A stretch of 33,725 bases of DNA from an uncultured Lachnospiraceae bacterium (GTDB lineage: Bacteria; Bacillota; Clostridia; Eubacteriales; Anaerofustaceae), in assembly GCA_964439075.1 (NCBI GenBank), contig CAYTMY010000001.1:1-33725 (forward strand), in the 5' to 3' direction. A program made the translations under genes and the position numbers. The notes under the pieces were generated by a model. That model was not told where the DNA came from, made no database searches, and worked only from the letters and a program-made list of their open reading frames with translations. Below are positions 1 to 9,905 of the stretch, piece by piece (position 1 is the stretch's first letter; each line of letters begins with the position of its first letter).

Positions 1-10
1 AAGACTTTTT

Positions 11-38
11 AAACCTCACTTATTAAGTGAGGTTTTTC
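11..38 (+). terminator. Rho-independent terminator of a gene lying upstream of the window
   Basis: Inverted repeat AAACCTCACTT / AAGTGAGGTTT with a short loop, followed by a T-run. It sits upstream of the first CDS. Confidence 0.6.
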
Positions 39-108
39 TTATTTTAGAATGCAAATATACATAAAATGTAGTATAATAAAATTGCAATAAAAGAAAGGGG
101 TGTTCAAC

Positions 109-522
109 ATGATAAATTTGATTTGCGGTCCCAATGGGAGCGGAAAAACACAAAAACTGATCGATATTGCAAACGAGGAACTTGAAAAGACGGATGGTCT
201 TGTGGTTTATCTCGATGCTACGGATGCACACAGGCTTGGTATAAGCAAGCAAATACGTTTTATCAACGTGAAAGACTGCGACATAGACAGTGCGGATAAG
301 TTCATTGGTATGATATGCGGGCTTATAGCAGGTAACTATGATATAAACAGGATATTTATAGATAATATAATGAAAGCCACAAATGCGAAAGACACTGAAG
401 AAGTCGAAAAAATATTATTGCAGATACATACTATATGCGATAAGAACGACATTCAGTGCTTTATAGTTTTTAATGAAGAGAATGTTTGGGGGCTCGAGCT
501 TAAAGCGTACAATATGTTGTGA
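109..522 (+). CDS. Small (~138 aa) P-loop NTPase of unknown function
   Basis: The ORF-track ORF 100..522 begins at GTG. The ATG at 109 lies about 8 nt after an AAAGGGG Shine-Dalgarno and is preferred. The N-terminus has a Walker A (GPNGSGKT), and a later hydrophobic strand plus Asp (RIFIDN) is Walker-B-like. The stop overlaps the GTG start of the next gene (GTGA). Confidence 0.6.
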   Translation: MINLICGPNGSGKTQKLIDIANEELEKTDGLVVYLDATDAHRLGISKQIRFINVKDCDIDSADKFIGMICGLIAGNYDINRIFIDNIMKATNAKDTEEVEKILLQIHTICDKNDIQCFIVFNEENVWGLELKAYNML

Positions 523-1469
523 ACTATTACTATAAATATTCCGATTATTTACATAAAAAATACGGCTGCAAAGTATACAAAATACCGGTCAATCTTCCGT
601 TATCATGTCCTGTAAGAGATTCAAGCAAGGCTTCTTCCGGGTGTGCGTTTTGCGGAGAGGATGCCACGGGGTACGAGTGCAAACCTTCGACGGTCGGTGT
701 AAAAGAACAAATAGCTGAAAATATAGCTTATATTTCACGAAAATATGCCGCGCAAAAGTTTGATATTTATTTTCAAAACTACACAAATACATATACTTTC
801 CCGAAAAATTTTGAAAGTTATGTAAAGCAAGCTCTTGAAAATGCGGATAATACAGTCAGACTCACTGTGTCGACAAGACCCGATTGTGTTGCTCATGATT
901 ATCTGAAAATACTCAAGTGCTACTCGGATGAATACGGAATAGATATTTGTATAGAGTTGGGTCTTCAAAGTGTAAATGTCAATACATTAAAGCTTTTGAA
1001 ACGCAAACATAATTTGTCGCAGTATATAGATTCGGTAGGTAAAATAAAAGATTACGGCTTTGAGATATGCACGCATATCATAACCACTTTACCATGGGAT
1101 ACAAACGAAGACGTGATTGAGGCAGCTCGGCTTTTAAGCGTGCTGAAAACCGATAGTGTAAAGATGCATACGCTGTATATTGAGAAAAATACGGTTCTTG
1201 CGGAAATGTATGCAAACAGTGAATTTCAATTGCTTTCATTGGAGGATTACATACAAAGGACCGTGCTTTTCATTGAACATTTGAGTCCGACGATAGCAAT
1301 CCAGCGTCTTAATGCAAGAGTGCCGAAGGAAAACAGTATTTTTGCTAATTGGAATAGGAGCCATTGGGTTTTAGACGACTTGGTGATTGAACGGCTTAAG
1401 GAATGTGATTCGTATCAAGGCAAATCTTGCGACCATTTTTCGGAAGAAGCGGTCACAAAATTTTTATAA
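519..1469 (+). CDS. TIGR01212-family radical SAM protein (YtqA/YhcC-like)
   Basis: 316 aa. The N-terminal cysteine cluster KIPVNLPLSCP...SSGCAFCGE and the overall layout are typical of this radical SAM family. It has a 4-nt start/stop overlap with the upstream gene. Confidence 0.85.
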   Translation: MNYYYKYSDYLHKKYGCKVYKIPVNLPLSCPVRDSSKASSGCAFCGEDATGYECKPSTVGVKEQIAENIAYISRKYAAQKFDIYFQNYTNTYTFPKNFESYVKQALENADNTVRLTVSTRPDCVAHDYLKILKCYSDEYGIDICIELGLQSVNVNTLKLLKRKHNLSQYIDSVGKIKDYGFEICTHIITTLPWDTNEDVIEAARLLSVLKTDSVKMHTLYIEKNTVLAEMYANSEFQLLSLEDYIQRTVLFIEHLSPTIAIQRLNARVPKENSIFANWNRSHWVLDDLVIERLKECDSYQGKSCDHFSEEAVTKFL

Positions 1470-1490
1470 TTAACAATTCAGGGGGAAAAT

Positions 1491-2420
1491 ATGGCATTAG
1501 TTACAAGTACCGAAATGTTTAAAAAAGCATTGGAGGGGAAGTATGCTGTAGGCGCATTCAATGTAAACAACATGGAAATTATTCAGGGCATAATGGACGC
1601 TGCATTGCAGGAAAAATCACCTCTTATCCTTCAAGTATCGGCGGGAGCTCGAAAGTATGCAAAACCCGCGTATTTGGTAAAATTAGTTGAAGCTGCGATG
1701 ATCGATACGGGTCTTGACGTTTGTTTGCATCTCGACCACGGTGAAAATTTTGAAATATGCAAACAATGTGTTGACGACGGCTTTTCTTCGGTCATGATAG
1801 ACGCGAGTAAACTCCCGTTTGAAGAAAATATAGCAGAGACAAAAAAAGTAGTGGAGTATGCTCATTCAAAGGGAATAGTCGTTGAGGCGGAGCTCGGTAA
1901 ATTAGCGGGAATAGAGGATGCCGTTAATGTATCGGCTAAGGACGCCATGTTTACCGATCCCGAAGAGGCTTGTGAGTTTGTGCAAAAAACAGGCGTCGAT
2001 TCACTTGCCATAGCAATAGGTACAAGCCATGGCGCTTATAAATTCAAAGGCAAACCCGAGCTTGATTTCGAGAGACTTGAAAAAATCACCAAACTTATGC
2101 CGGGTTATCCGATAGTGCTTCATGGGGCTTCGAGTGTGCCCAAAGAATTTGTTGACCTGTGCAATAAATACGGAGGTAACATTCCGGGTGCACAAGGAGT
2201 TCCCGAAGAAATGCTTAGAAAAGCTTCTCAAATGGGCGTTGCGAAGATAAATATCGATACAGATCTTCGTCTTGCCATGACTTCCACGATAAGAAAAATA
2301 TTTACAGAACAACCCGAAGTATTTGACCCGAGAGTATATCTCGGACCTGCAAGAGAAGCGATAAAGAATATGGTTGCACACAAAATGAGAGATGTGCTCG
2401 GGTCAAGCGGAAAAGCCTGA
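1491..2420 (+). CDS. fba: Class II fructose-1,6-bisphosphate aldolase
   Basis: 309 aa with class II ketose-bisphosphate aldolase motifs (CLHLDHG, GTSHGAYKF, VLHGASS). A GGGGGA Shine-Dalgarno lies upstream. Confidence 0.93.
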   Translation: MALVTSTEMFKKALEGKYAVGAFNVNNMEIIQGIMDAALQEKSPLILQVSAGARKYAKPAYLVKLVEAAMIDTGLDVCLHLDHGENFEICKQCVDDGFSSVMIDASKLPFEENIAETKKVVEYAHSKGIVVEAELGKLAGIEDAVNVSAKDAMFTDPEEACEFVQKTGVDSLAIAIGTSHGAYKFKGKPELDFERLEKITKLMPGYPIVLHGASSVPKEFVDLCNKYGGNIPGAQGVPEEMLRKASQMGVAKINIDTDLRLAMTSTIRKIFTEQPEVFDPRVYLGPAREAIKNMVAHKMRDVLGSSGKA

Positions 2421-2422
2421 TA

Positions 2423-2965
2423 ATGGGTTACTATAAGACAAGAGGGCTTCGAGGAAGCAATCTTGAGGAACTTATAAACAGGACCAACGAGCAATATATG
2501 GAGGATGATCTCGCGGTCATACAAAAGATACCGACACCTATAAAACCCATAGAGTTGGATTCTCAAAAAGGCGTGATAACCTTGGCATATTTTGATGAGA
2601 AAAGTACCGTCGATTATATGGGAAGCGTACAGGGCATACCGGTATGCTTTGATGCGAAAGAAACCAAAGCCCCGAGCCTTCCCATATCCAATATCCACGA
2701 TCATCAGATAGATTTTATGGAAAAATTTGTCGCACAAAGCGGACTTGCTTTTCTTATAGTTAATTTCACGCAAGCGGACAGATATTTTCTTATGGATATC
2801 GGATTGCTGAAAAAATACTATGCAGACGCAAAAAAAGGCGGTAGAAAATCTGTACCCATGGAAGCTTTTGACTCTGCCCTTGAGGTTTTTCGTCATAATC
2901 GTTACCTTGTGCACTATATAGAAGCCATTGAAAAATTGGCCGAAAAAGAAGAATATAATTTATAG
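2423..2965 (+). CDS. recU: Holliday junction resolvase RecU
   Basis: 180 aa with a RecU-type core (STVDYMGSVQGIPVCFDAKETK, HDHQIDFM). It starts 2 nt after the fba stop. Confidence 0.88.
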   Translation: MGYYKTRGLRGSNLEELINRTNEQYMEDDLAVIQKIPTPIKPIELDSQKGVITLAYFDEKSTVDYMGSVQGIPVCFDAKETKAPSLPISNIHDHQIDFMEKFVAQSGLAFLIVNFTQADRYFLMDIGLLKKYYADAKKGGRKSVPMEAFDSALEVFRHNRYLVHYIEAIEKLAEKEEYNL

Positions 2966-2971
2966 AAAAAC

Positions 2972-3011
2972 AACGACCAAATCGTTTTTACGAAAACCAT
3001 TTGGTCGTTTT
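2972..3011 (+). terminator. Hairpin terminator after recU
   Basis: Arms AACGACCAAAT (2972-2982) and ATTTGGTCGTT (2999-3009) are followed by a short T-run. The loop can extend the stem (GTTTT/AAAAC). Confidence 0.5.
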
Positions 3012-3022
3012 GCGGAGTAAAC

Positions 3023-4789
3023 ATGTCATTTGACGGAGTAAGCGTATGCGCTGTTGTAAAAGAACTCGACACAACTTTTACGGGTGCTAAAATTCAAAGA
3101 ATATATCAACCTTACAGAGACGAGGTTGTACTCTACTTTTCAGACAAAAGAAAGGGAGCTCTTTTACTTTGCGCCGACGCCTCATTTCCCAGAGCAAATA
3201 TCACTTATTCTCCTTACGACAATCCCGAATATCCACCGTCCTTTTGTATGCTTTTGAGAAAATATCTTATAGGGGGAATCGTAAAAAGTATAAGCCAGCA
3301 GGGCTTTGACAGAATAATAAATATATTTGTTGAGGCTCTCGATGAAGCAAATAATCTGATCAGATTGTGTTTGAGTATAGAAATAATGGGAAAGCACTCC
3401 AATATTATCTTGTACGATACCAATAAAATGGTAGTTATTGATTCTATCAAACATATTTCCTCGCAAAAAAGCTCTGTGAGAGAACTTATGCCGAATAGGG
3501 TATATTATCTCCCTCCGAACAATAAGCTTGATCCTTTTGATTTTGATGCGTCAACCGCAATTGATATAATGTCGTTTTCGGCGGAAAAGCCGATAAGTTC
3601 GGCACTGTCCGATACCTTTTGCGGTGTATCAAAACAGCTTGCTCAAAGTTTTGCCGTGGATCGTTCTTTGGCGGGGAAGAAAGTATCTGACAGCGATATA
3701 GCAACACTTTATGGCATTTTAAACGATTTCAGAGAATATTTATCTTTTAAAATAAATGAAAATGTTAATTATATATACTCGCTACCCGAAGGGAAATACA
3801 AAGACTTTACGCATGGGGAATATATCGTATACAATGCCGTTACTGAGAAAAGGCAATTTTTAAGCATATCCGAGGCTATCGAAGAATACTACAGGGAAAA
3901 GACTCGCCACGCGGGCATAAAAGAAAAATATGACGGAACCATAAAAAGACTTGAAATACTGCTTGCCAAGGAAGAAAGAAAACTTGCGTTGAGAAAAAAA
4001 GAACGTGAGGCGGCGCTTGATTCGGAACAATACTCGATTAAGGGTAATCTCATTTTGTCCAATCTTCATCTTTTAAATAAAGGTATGGATAAGATAGAAC
4101 TTGATAATTATTATAATCCGGGTGAAAAACTCACCGTTAGCTTGCGAGCGGATTATACGCCCACGCAAAACTCGCAAATGTATTTTAAAAAATACGCCAA
4201 AGCGAAAAGTGCAGTTGCTCACCTTGAGAGTCTTTTAGAACAAAGCGAAAATGCTGTGGAGGAATTAACATCTCTTTTGTATTTTCTTACGGAGGCAGCA
4301 AATGCGTCTGAGGCGACAGAGGTCATTGCGCAGGCGGAAAAGGCAGGGTATCTTAAAAAAATCAAATCCAGAAAACAGTCGTCGATTCCGATTCCAAAAC
4401 CACACTTATTTATTACGGAAGATGGTTTTGAAATTCTGGCGGGGAAAAACAGCGTGCAAAACGATTCCTTGACCTTCAAAACGGCCGAAAAAGACGATAT
4501 TTGGCTTCATGCAAAGGATATTGCGGCCAGTCATGTTATACTGAAGACTCAAAACGGTTCATACTCCGATGAAGCTCTTTTGGTGGCCGCACAGATAGCG
4601 GCATATTATTCGAAAAGCAAGAGTGCCGATAAAGTGCAAGTCGACTACACATCGGTAAAAAATGTCAAAAAAATAAGCGGCAAGGCACCGGGCAGGGTCA
4701 CGTATACGAACTATAAGTCGATATATGCAAAACCTTCAGAAACTGCGATAAGAGCATTGTCGCAAAAAGGTAAGATTGATGGCAAATAA
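3023..4789 (+). CDS. rqcH: NFACT-family ribosome quality control protein RqcH (fibronectin-binding protein A-like)
   Basis: 588 aa. It has an NFACT-N-like N-terminus (MSFDGVSVCAVVKEL...), a central coiled-coil and a C-terminal NFACT-R/DUF814-type motif (DIWLHAKDIAASHVILK). Confidence 0.85.
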   Translation: MSFDGVSVCAVVKELDTTFTGAKIQRIYQPYRDEVVLYFSDKRKGALLLCADASFPRANITYSPYDNPEYPPSFCMLLRKYLIGGIVKSISQQGFDRIINIFVEALDEANNLIRLCLSIEIMGKHSNIILYDTNKMVVIDSIKHISSQKSSVRELMPNRVYYLPPNNKLDPFDFDASTAIDIMSFSAEKPISSALSDTFCGVSKQLAQSFAVDRSLAGKKVSDSDIATLYGILNDFREYLSFKINENVNYIYSLPEGKYKDFTHGEYIVYNAVTEKRQFLSISEAIEEYYREKTRHAGIKEKYDGTIKRLEILLAKEERKLALRKKEREAALDSEQYSIKGNLILSNLHLLNKGMDKIELDNYYNPGEKLTVSLRADYTPTQNSQMYFKKYAKAKSAVAHLESLLEQSENAVEELTSLLYFLTEAANASEATEVIAQAEKAGYLKKIKSRKQSSIPIPKPHLFITEDGFEILAGKNSVQNDSLTFKTAEKDDIWLHAKDIAASHVILKTQNGSYSDEALLVAAQIAAYYSKSKSADKVQVDYTSVKNVKKISGKAPGRVTYTNYKSIYAKPSETAIRALSQKGKIDGK

Positions 4790-6077
4790 AGTAATCAGCA
4801 TAGAAAGCGGTTCACTTGCCGCAACAAACGGTTTAAAGGCGGGTATTATAATTGCAGCAATTAATAATAATCGCAAATTTGATATTATCGATTATTTGAT
4901 AGCTACGGCTGAGGATAATATATGTTTGGACTACATCGATATCGACGGTACTCAAAAGCAAGCGAATATAAAAAATGATTTTTCGGCGCCATTGGGTCTT
5001 AGTTTTGAACATATTACGATAGACAGTCCTCGCAGATGTGCTAATCGATGTATTTTTTGCTTCATGGACCAAATGCCGAAGGGTATGCGAGAAAGCCTTT
5101 ATTTCAGAGATGACGATTACAGATTGTCGTTTATGTGTGGTAATTATATCACTCTTACCAATCTTTCGGAAAAAGAACTTGACAGGATTATATCTCTAAA
5201 GATGAGTCCTCTTAATATAAGCGTGCATGTTACGCAGCCTACCCTTCGCAGTGAAATGATGAGAAATAAAGCTGCGGGAAATATAATGAAACAACTCAGC
5301 AGGCTAAAGGAAGGGAATATTGACTTCAATCTTCAATTGGTTTTATGTCCCGACTATAACGATAAAGAGCAATTGATAAACTCTTTGGATGATATTATGA
5401 CGCTTTTGCCAAATGTTAAAAGTTTGTCATGCGTTCCCGTAGGCCTTACCAAATACCGTAAAGACCTTACACCACTGCGTTCATTTACAAAAGAAGAGGC
5501 ACGTGAGGTAATTGAAACATTATATAAATATTCCGTTCGAGTAAAAAATAGTTATGCGGATATATGCTTTTGCGCATCCGATGAATTTTTTGTGCTAGCT
5601 GATGAGCCGATTAAAGAAGCTTTTTATTACGGAGATTACGTTCAATTTGAAAACGGAGTGGGGATGCTGCGGAGCTTTATAGACGATATTGACGATTTTA
5701 TAGCTTCAACCGATGAAATGAATAGAGTAAATGCAGTGCTGATAACCGGCGTTTTGGCAAATGAATTCCTAAAAAACGAAATTGATAAACTTAATGCCAA
5801 GTATGGCACATTACTGGAGGTTGTGTGCATAAAAAACGACTATTTCGGTGAAAAAGTCACTGCGGCCGGACTGGTTTGCGGTTGTGATATAATAAAGCAG
5901 TTAAAAGATGTGAAAATTCCGAATATACTTTTTATACCTTCAAATATGATGAAGGACGACGAAGATGTTTTTCTTGATGACATGACTTTAGATAATGTTG
6001 CAAGAGAACTTAATAAAATGGCATATCGTGTTCCTTCAGACGGTTATGAATTCTGTGAATACATTAAGGAGTTTTAG
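4776..6077 (+). CDS. PDZ domain / radical SAM-like DUF512 protein
   Basis: 433 aa. It has an N-terminal PDZ-like segment (ISIESGSLAATNGLKAGIII), a CxxxCxxC cluster motif (CANRCIFC) and a DUF512-like C-terminal half. It overlaps rqcH by 14 nt, and its stop abuts the der start codon. Confidence 0.8.
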   Translation: MMANKVISIESGSLAATNGLKAGIIIAAINNNRKFDIIDYLIATAEDNICLDYIDIDGTQKQANIKNDFSAPLGLSFEHITIDSPRRCANRCIFCFMDQMPKGMRESLYFRDDDYRLSFMCGNYITLTNLSEKELDRIISLKMSPLNISVHVTQPTLRSEMMRNKAAGNIMKQLSRLKEGNIDFNLQLVLCPDYNDKEQLINSLDDIMTLLPNVKSLSCVPVGLTKYRKDLTPLRSFTKEEAREVIETLYKYSVRVKNSYADICFCASDEFFVLADEPIKEAFYYGDYVQFENGVGMLRSFIDDIDDFIASTDEMNRVNAVLITGVLANEFLKNEIDKLNAKYGTLLEVVCIKNDYFGEKVTAAGLVCGCDIIKQLKDVKIPNILFIPSNMMKDDEDVFLDDMTLDNVARELNKMAYRVPSDGYEFCEYIKEF

Positions 6078-7412
6078 ATGAACCGACCATATATAGCACT
6101 CGTAGGAAGACCTAATACAGGCAAGTCCACGCTCTTTAATAAGCTCGCGGGAAGAAGGATATCTATTGTTGAAAATACTCCCGGAGTGACGCGCGACAGG
6201 ATAATAGCCGAAGCCGACTGGTTCGGAAATGATTTTTTCATAATAGACACAGGCGGTATTGAGCCCAGAAGCGATGATACGATATTAAAGCAGATGAGAA
6301 CGCAGGCTTTTTTAGCTATGGATATGGCTGACGTTATTATTTTTGTTGCAGACGCACGAGAAGGTGTGACTGCTAACGACCGTGAAATTGCCACGATGAT
6401 AATGAAAAGCGGGAAACCAACTGTTTTGGCAGTAAACAAAATTGATGACGATTCTCATGTGAGTTCCTTATATGAATTTTATGAGTTGGGTCTAGGGGAG
6501 CCGTTTAGGTTAAGCGCCGAACACGGAAGTGGACTAGGTGACATAATGGATCGCTGCATAGGCGAATTCCCGGAAGATAAAAAGGGTCATGAAAAGGAAT
6601 ATTATAACAAGATTGCCGTGGTGGGAAAGCCGAATGCGGGTAAATCTACTCTTATAAATGCATTGCTGGGTGAACAGCGTGTTATCGTCAGCGATATATC
6701 GGGTACCACGCGAGATGCGATAGATACGGATTTCAAATATAATGATAGGGATTATGTCCTTATCGATACCGCGGGGATAAAGCACAAGAGCAAAAATGAT
6801 ACCGATATAGACTATTATTCCATGTTGCGGGCAATAAAAGCTATTGAACGAAGCGATATATGTCTTCTCATTATAGACGGACAACTCGGAATAACCGAGC
6901 AAGACGTAAAAATCGCAGGTATTATTAAGGATGAATACAAAGCGCTTATCGTCGTGATAAATAAATGGGATCTCGTCCAAAAGGAAACAAATACAATGGA
7001 AAAGATGAAAAAAGAGATATTAAAAAGACTCTATTTTGTCGATTTCGCTCCTATAGTATTTCTATCCGCACTCGATAATAAACGTATCGATAAGTTAATG
7101 CCGACTATAGAAGAGGTTTTGGAAGAATATTCGAAAAGAATATCTACGGGTCTGCTTAACGACGTTATCGGCGACGCTGTGCTAATGAATTCTCCCGTCA
7201 TTAAGAAAAATAAACAGTTAAAGATTTATTACTCCAATCAGGTAGGCACAAAACCACCGAGTATCGTGATGTTTGTCAACGATGATACCTTGAGTACAAA
7301 ACAATACGAAAAATATATCGAGAGCCGTTTGCGCAAGGCCTTTACATTTAAAGGCTCTCCGATAAAATTCATAATGAGGAGTAAAGGCGATAAAGATAAT
7401 ATAAAAAAATAG
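6078..7412 (+). CDS. der: Ribosome biogenesis GTPase Der (EngA)
   Basis: 444 aa with two tandem G domains (GRPNTGKST...DTGG...NKID and GKPNAGKST...DTAG...NKWD) and a KH-like C-terminus. Confidence 0.95.
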   Translation: MNRPYIALVGRPNTGKSTLFNKLAGRRISIVENTPGVTRDRIIAEADWFGNDFFIIDTGGIEPRSDDTILKQMRTQAFLAMDMADVIIFVADAREGVTANDREIATMIMKSGKPTVLAVNKIDDDSHVSSLYEFYELGLGEPFRLSAEHGSGLGDIMDRCIGEFPEDKKGHEKEYYNKIAVVGKPNAGKSTLINALLGEQRVIVSDISGTTRDAIDTDFKYNDRDYVLIDTAGIKHKSKNDTDIDYYSMLRAIKAIERSDICLLIIDGQLGITEQDVKIAGIIKDEYKALIVVINKWDLVQKETNTMEKMKKEILKRLYFVDFAPIVFLSALDNKRIDKLMPTIEEVLEEYSKRISTGLLNDVIGDAVLMNSPVIKKNKQLKIYYSNQVGTKPPSIVMFVNDDTLSTKQYEKYIESRLRKAFTFKGSPIKFIMRSKGDKDNIKK

Positions 7413-7469
7413 TCTATTTTATACTCTCCCCGAATAATTATAATTAGCGATTATTCAGGGAGGTATTTT

Positions 7470-8939
7470 ATGTTCACAGGTATATATGAGGATATTGCAA
7501 AAAGGACAAACGGTGATATATACGCAGGGATAGTCGGACCGGTACGCACAGGAAAATCCACGTTTATTTCGAAATTCATGGAGCTTCTCGTTATACCTAA
7601 TATAGAAAACCGCTATAAAAAAGAAAGAGCCATTGACGAGCTTCCTCAAAGTGCGGGCGGAAAAAGCATAATGACTTGCGAGCCTAAATTTGTTCCCAAT
7701 GAGGCCGTGGAATTAAAACTCAACGACGAAGCTTCGTCAAGAATAAGACTTATAGACTGCGTCGGTTATATTGTTGAAGGCGCTTTGGGCGCTTATGAAG
7801 ACGGTTCTGTTCGTATGGTAAAGACTCCGTGGTCAAAAGACGATATGCCGTTTGGATTAGCTGCGGAAATAGGTACTAAAAAGGTGATAAGCGAGCACTC
7901 TACTATCGGAATACTAGTAACAACGGACGGCAGCATAACAGATCTTCCTCGCGAATGTTACGTGCCGGCGGAGGAACGCGTTGTAAGTGAGCTGAAAAAA
8001 ATAAAAAAGCCGTTTACCGTTGTTCTCAATTCAAAATATCCCGAATCGGAGAATGTGCAAAAGCTAAAAAACGAGCTGGCTGAAAAATATTCGGTAAGCG
8101 TCACAGTGATTGATGTTCTAAACATGGGGTTATCGGATATCGAACGTATCTTATCGGATGTACTATACGAATTTCCTGTCAGTGAAATAACTTACAGTAT
8201 CCCAAATTGGGTAAAAAATCTTTCCGAAGAGCATTGGTTGAATACACAGATAGAAGACTTTATCGTAAGCGGTTGCGCACGCAATGACAGATTGAGCAGC
8301 GTATCCGGATTTATCGCGTCAAACGTGTGCGAGAGTTTTGATGCACAGATAAATGAAATATCTTTAAGTACGGGGAAAATAGCTTCTTCCATACATATAG
8401 ACAACAGTGTATTTTATAAAATAATGAGCGAAGAAAACGATATAAGCGTAAAAAATGAATCGGATTTGTTTGTAATATTGACAGCGCTGTTAAAGGAAAA
8501 GAAGTATGTCTCAATGCTATCCTACGCCACACGCGAAGCCAATAAAACGGGATATGGTATAGTATATCCCGAATTTGATAAACTTGACCTTCAAACGCCC
8601 GAAATATTCAACGATTCGGGTAAGTACGGTATCAGCTTGAAAGCAAACGCTCAGGCGTTCCATATTATAAAGGCGAACATAGACTCTGAGATATCTCCGG
8701 TGATAGGTAGCGAAGCTGAGTGCGAAATGTTTTTCGATAAGCTCATCACGCAATATAAAAATACGCCTTCGGAACTTTGGAATACGGAAATATTTGGCAG
8801 AAAGCTTTCTGAAATGATCGAGGATAATATCAAGAATAAATTAAATTCTATAAATGACGAAACAAAGCAGCGAGTTTCCAAAGCGGTAAACCGTGTTTCA
8901 AATGCACAAAAGGGCGGACTGTTCATATTTTGGATATGA
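7470..8939 (+). CDS. spoIVA: Stage IV sporulation protein A (spore coat morphogenetic ATPase)
   Basis: 489 aa. The N-terminus (IAKRTNGDIYAGIVGPVRTGKSTFI) and the length are characteristic of SpoIVA. A GGGAGG Shine-Dalgarno lies about 7 nt upstream. Confidence 0.93.
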   Translation: MFTGIYEDIAKRTNGDIYAGIVGPVRTGKSTFISKFMELLVIPNIENRYKKERAIDELPQSAGGKSIMTCEPKFVPNEAVELKLNDEASSRIRLIDCVGYIVEGALGAYEDGSVRMVKTPWSKDDMPFGLAAEIGTKKVISEHSTIGILVTTDGSITDLPRECYVPAEERVVSELKKIKKPFTVVLNSKYPESENVQKLKNELAEKYSVSVTVIDVLNMGLSDIERILSDVLYEFPVSEITYSIPNWVKNLSEEHWLNTQIEDFIVSGCARNDRLSSVSGFIASNVCESFDAQINEISLSTGKIASSIHIDNSVFYKIMSEENDISVKNESDLFVILTALLKEKKYVSMLSYATREANKTGYGIVYPEFDKLDLQTPEIFNDSGKYGISLKANAQAFHIIKANIDSEISPVIGSEAECEMFFDKLITQYKNTPSELWNTEIFGRKLSEMIEDNIKNKLNSINDETKQRVSKAVNRVSNAQKGGLFIFWI

Positions 8940-8955
8940 TAAGCAAATGCAGAAC

Positions 8956-8990
8956 AAAAGGATACTCTTGACTGAGTGTCCTTTTTATTT
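8956..8990 (+). terminator. Rho-independent terminator after spoIVA
   Basis: A 12-bp stem AAAAGGATACTC / GAGTGTCCTTTT (one G-U pair) with a 6-nt loop and a T-rich tail. Confidence 0.7.
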
Positions 8991-9071
8991 TAAGAAATAT
9001 TATCGGAGTGGTTTTGTTTGAAGTAAAATTTTGCTATTATATACTATAATACTAAATAAAGAGGAATAATA

Positions 9072-9821
9072 ATGTTTTTATTTGAATGGTTCGGATATAT
9101 GCTGTCGGCATTTGGCCGCTTGACCGATAATATGGGTTATGCACTGATATTAGCGGCAATTGTGTTTAAGTTGTTTTTATCGCTGCTTACAAAGAAATAT
9201 TACAACTCGATAGTTCTTACCGAAATTATAAGACTGCAATACGATAAAATAAGAGATAAGCATAAAAACGATCCTGATTTGAGGAATCAGCAGACAATGA
9301 AATTTCTTATGGAGAGCGATTATCCGATGATGTCCCGTTTCGGAATCATCCTTTTTCAAATCATTATCGTCGCTGGCATTTGCGGAGCTCTGAGTAATCC
9401 GGCGCAGTATATTTTTAACAATGGCGCAAACCTCAACATGACGTTCTTGGGAATACCCGATATATCGCTTTCTCCCATACAGATTTATAAAGCTTATGGC
9501 TTGCATGACAGTATGTTTATTTCCATAATATTGCTCATGGCAAGCGTAGTGCTTACGTTTGTACATGATATGTTTATGGAAAGACGCCAACTCATCAGCC
9601 AGGTTGGTATAGATATTTTTATGCTCGTTGCAGTAACGGCATGTTCCGTGCTTTTGAGCCAAGGCTTCATGATATACTGGATAGTAATGAAGATATTCGA
9701 TATATTTACGATATTCATCATGGATAAATTTTACTGCGTAAATATAGAAGAAAAAAGAAAAGCGTGGGAAAAGCAGCCGAAGAAAAAAATCAATATGAAG
9801 CAAGAAACAAAAAAGAAATAG
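9072..9821 (+). CDS. YidC/Oxa1-family membrane protein insertase (divergent)
   Basis: 249 aa and polytopic. It shows the YidC-like pattern: TM1 YALILAAIVFKLFLSLLTKK, an amphipathic KIRDKHKNDPDLRNQQTMKFLME segment, a late LSQGFMIYWIVMKIF helix and a Lys-rich C-terminal tail. An AGAGGA Shine-Dalgarno lies upstream. Confidence 0.65.
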   Translation: MFLFEWFGYMLSAFGRLTDNMGYALILAAIVFKLFLSLLTKKYYNSIVLTEIIRLQYDKIRDKHKNDPDLRNQQTMKFLMESDYPMMSRFGIILFQIIIVAGICGALSNPAQYIFNNGANLNMTFLGIPDISLSPIQIYKAYGLHDSMFISIILLMASVVLTFVHDMFMERRQLISQVGIDIFMLVAVTACSVLLSQGFMIYWIVMKIFDIFTIFIMDKFYCVNIEEKRKAWEKQPKKKINMKQETKKK

Positions 9822-9852
9822 TTAAGACTCAACGCTTCGAAGGCAAACAAAC

Positions 9853-9890
9853 AAAATGGGAATAGGTTGTGAGACCTATTCCCATTTTTT
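9853..9890. terminator. Bidirectional terminator between the yidC-like gene and valS
   Basis: A perfect 15-bp stem AAAATGGGAATAGGT / ACCTATTCCCATTTT with an A-run on the 5' side and a T-run on the 3' side. It lies between convergent genes. Confidence 0.8.
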
Positions 9891-9905
9891 CTTGGTAGCG
9901 GTTAT

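Noticed and set aside
9177-9803. Long antisense ORFs in the six-frame track. Examples are 9177..9803 (208 aa, opposite the yidC-like gene), 2228..2914, 6534..6980, 11676..12122, 13955..14395, 14761..15417, 17020..17502, 26442..26930 and 26962..27459.
   Set aside because: Each lies entirely within, and antisense to, a gene with clear family motifs. Their translations are low-complexity, rich in Ile, Phe, Tyr and Lys, as expected from AT-rich antisense frames. None has a recognisable motif or Shine-Dalgarno.
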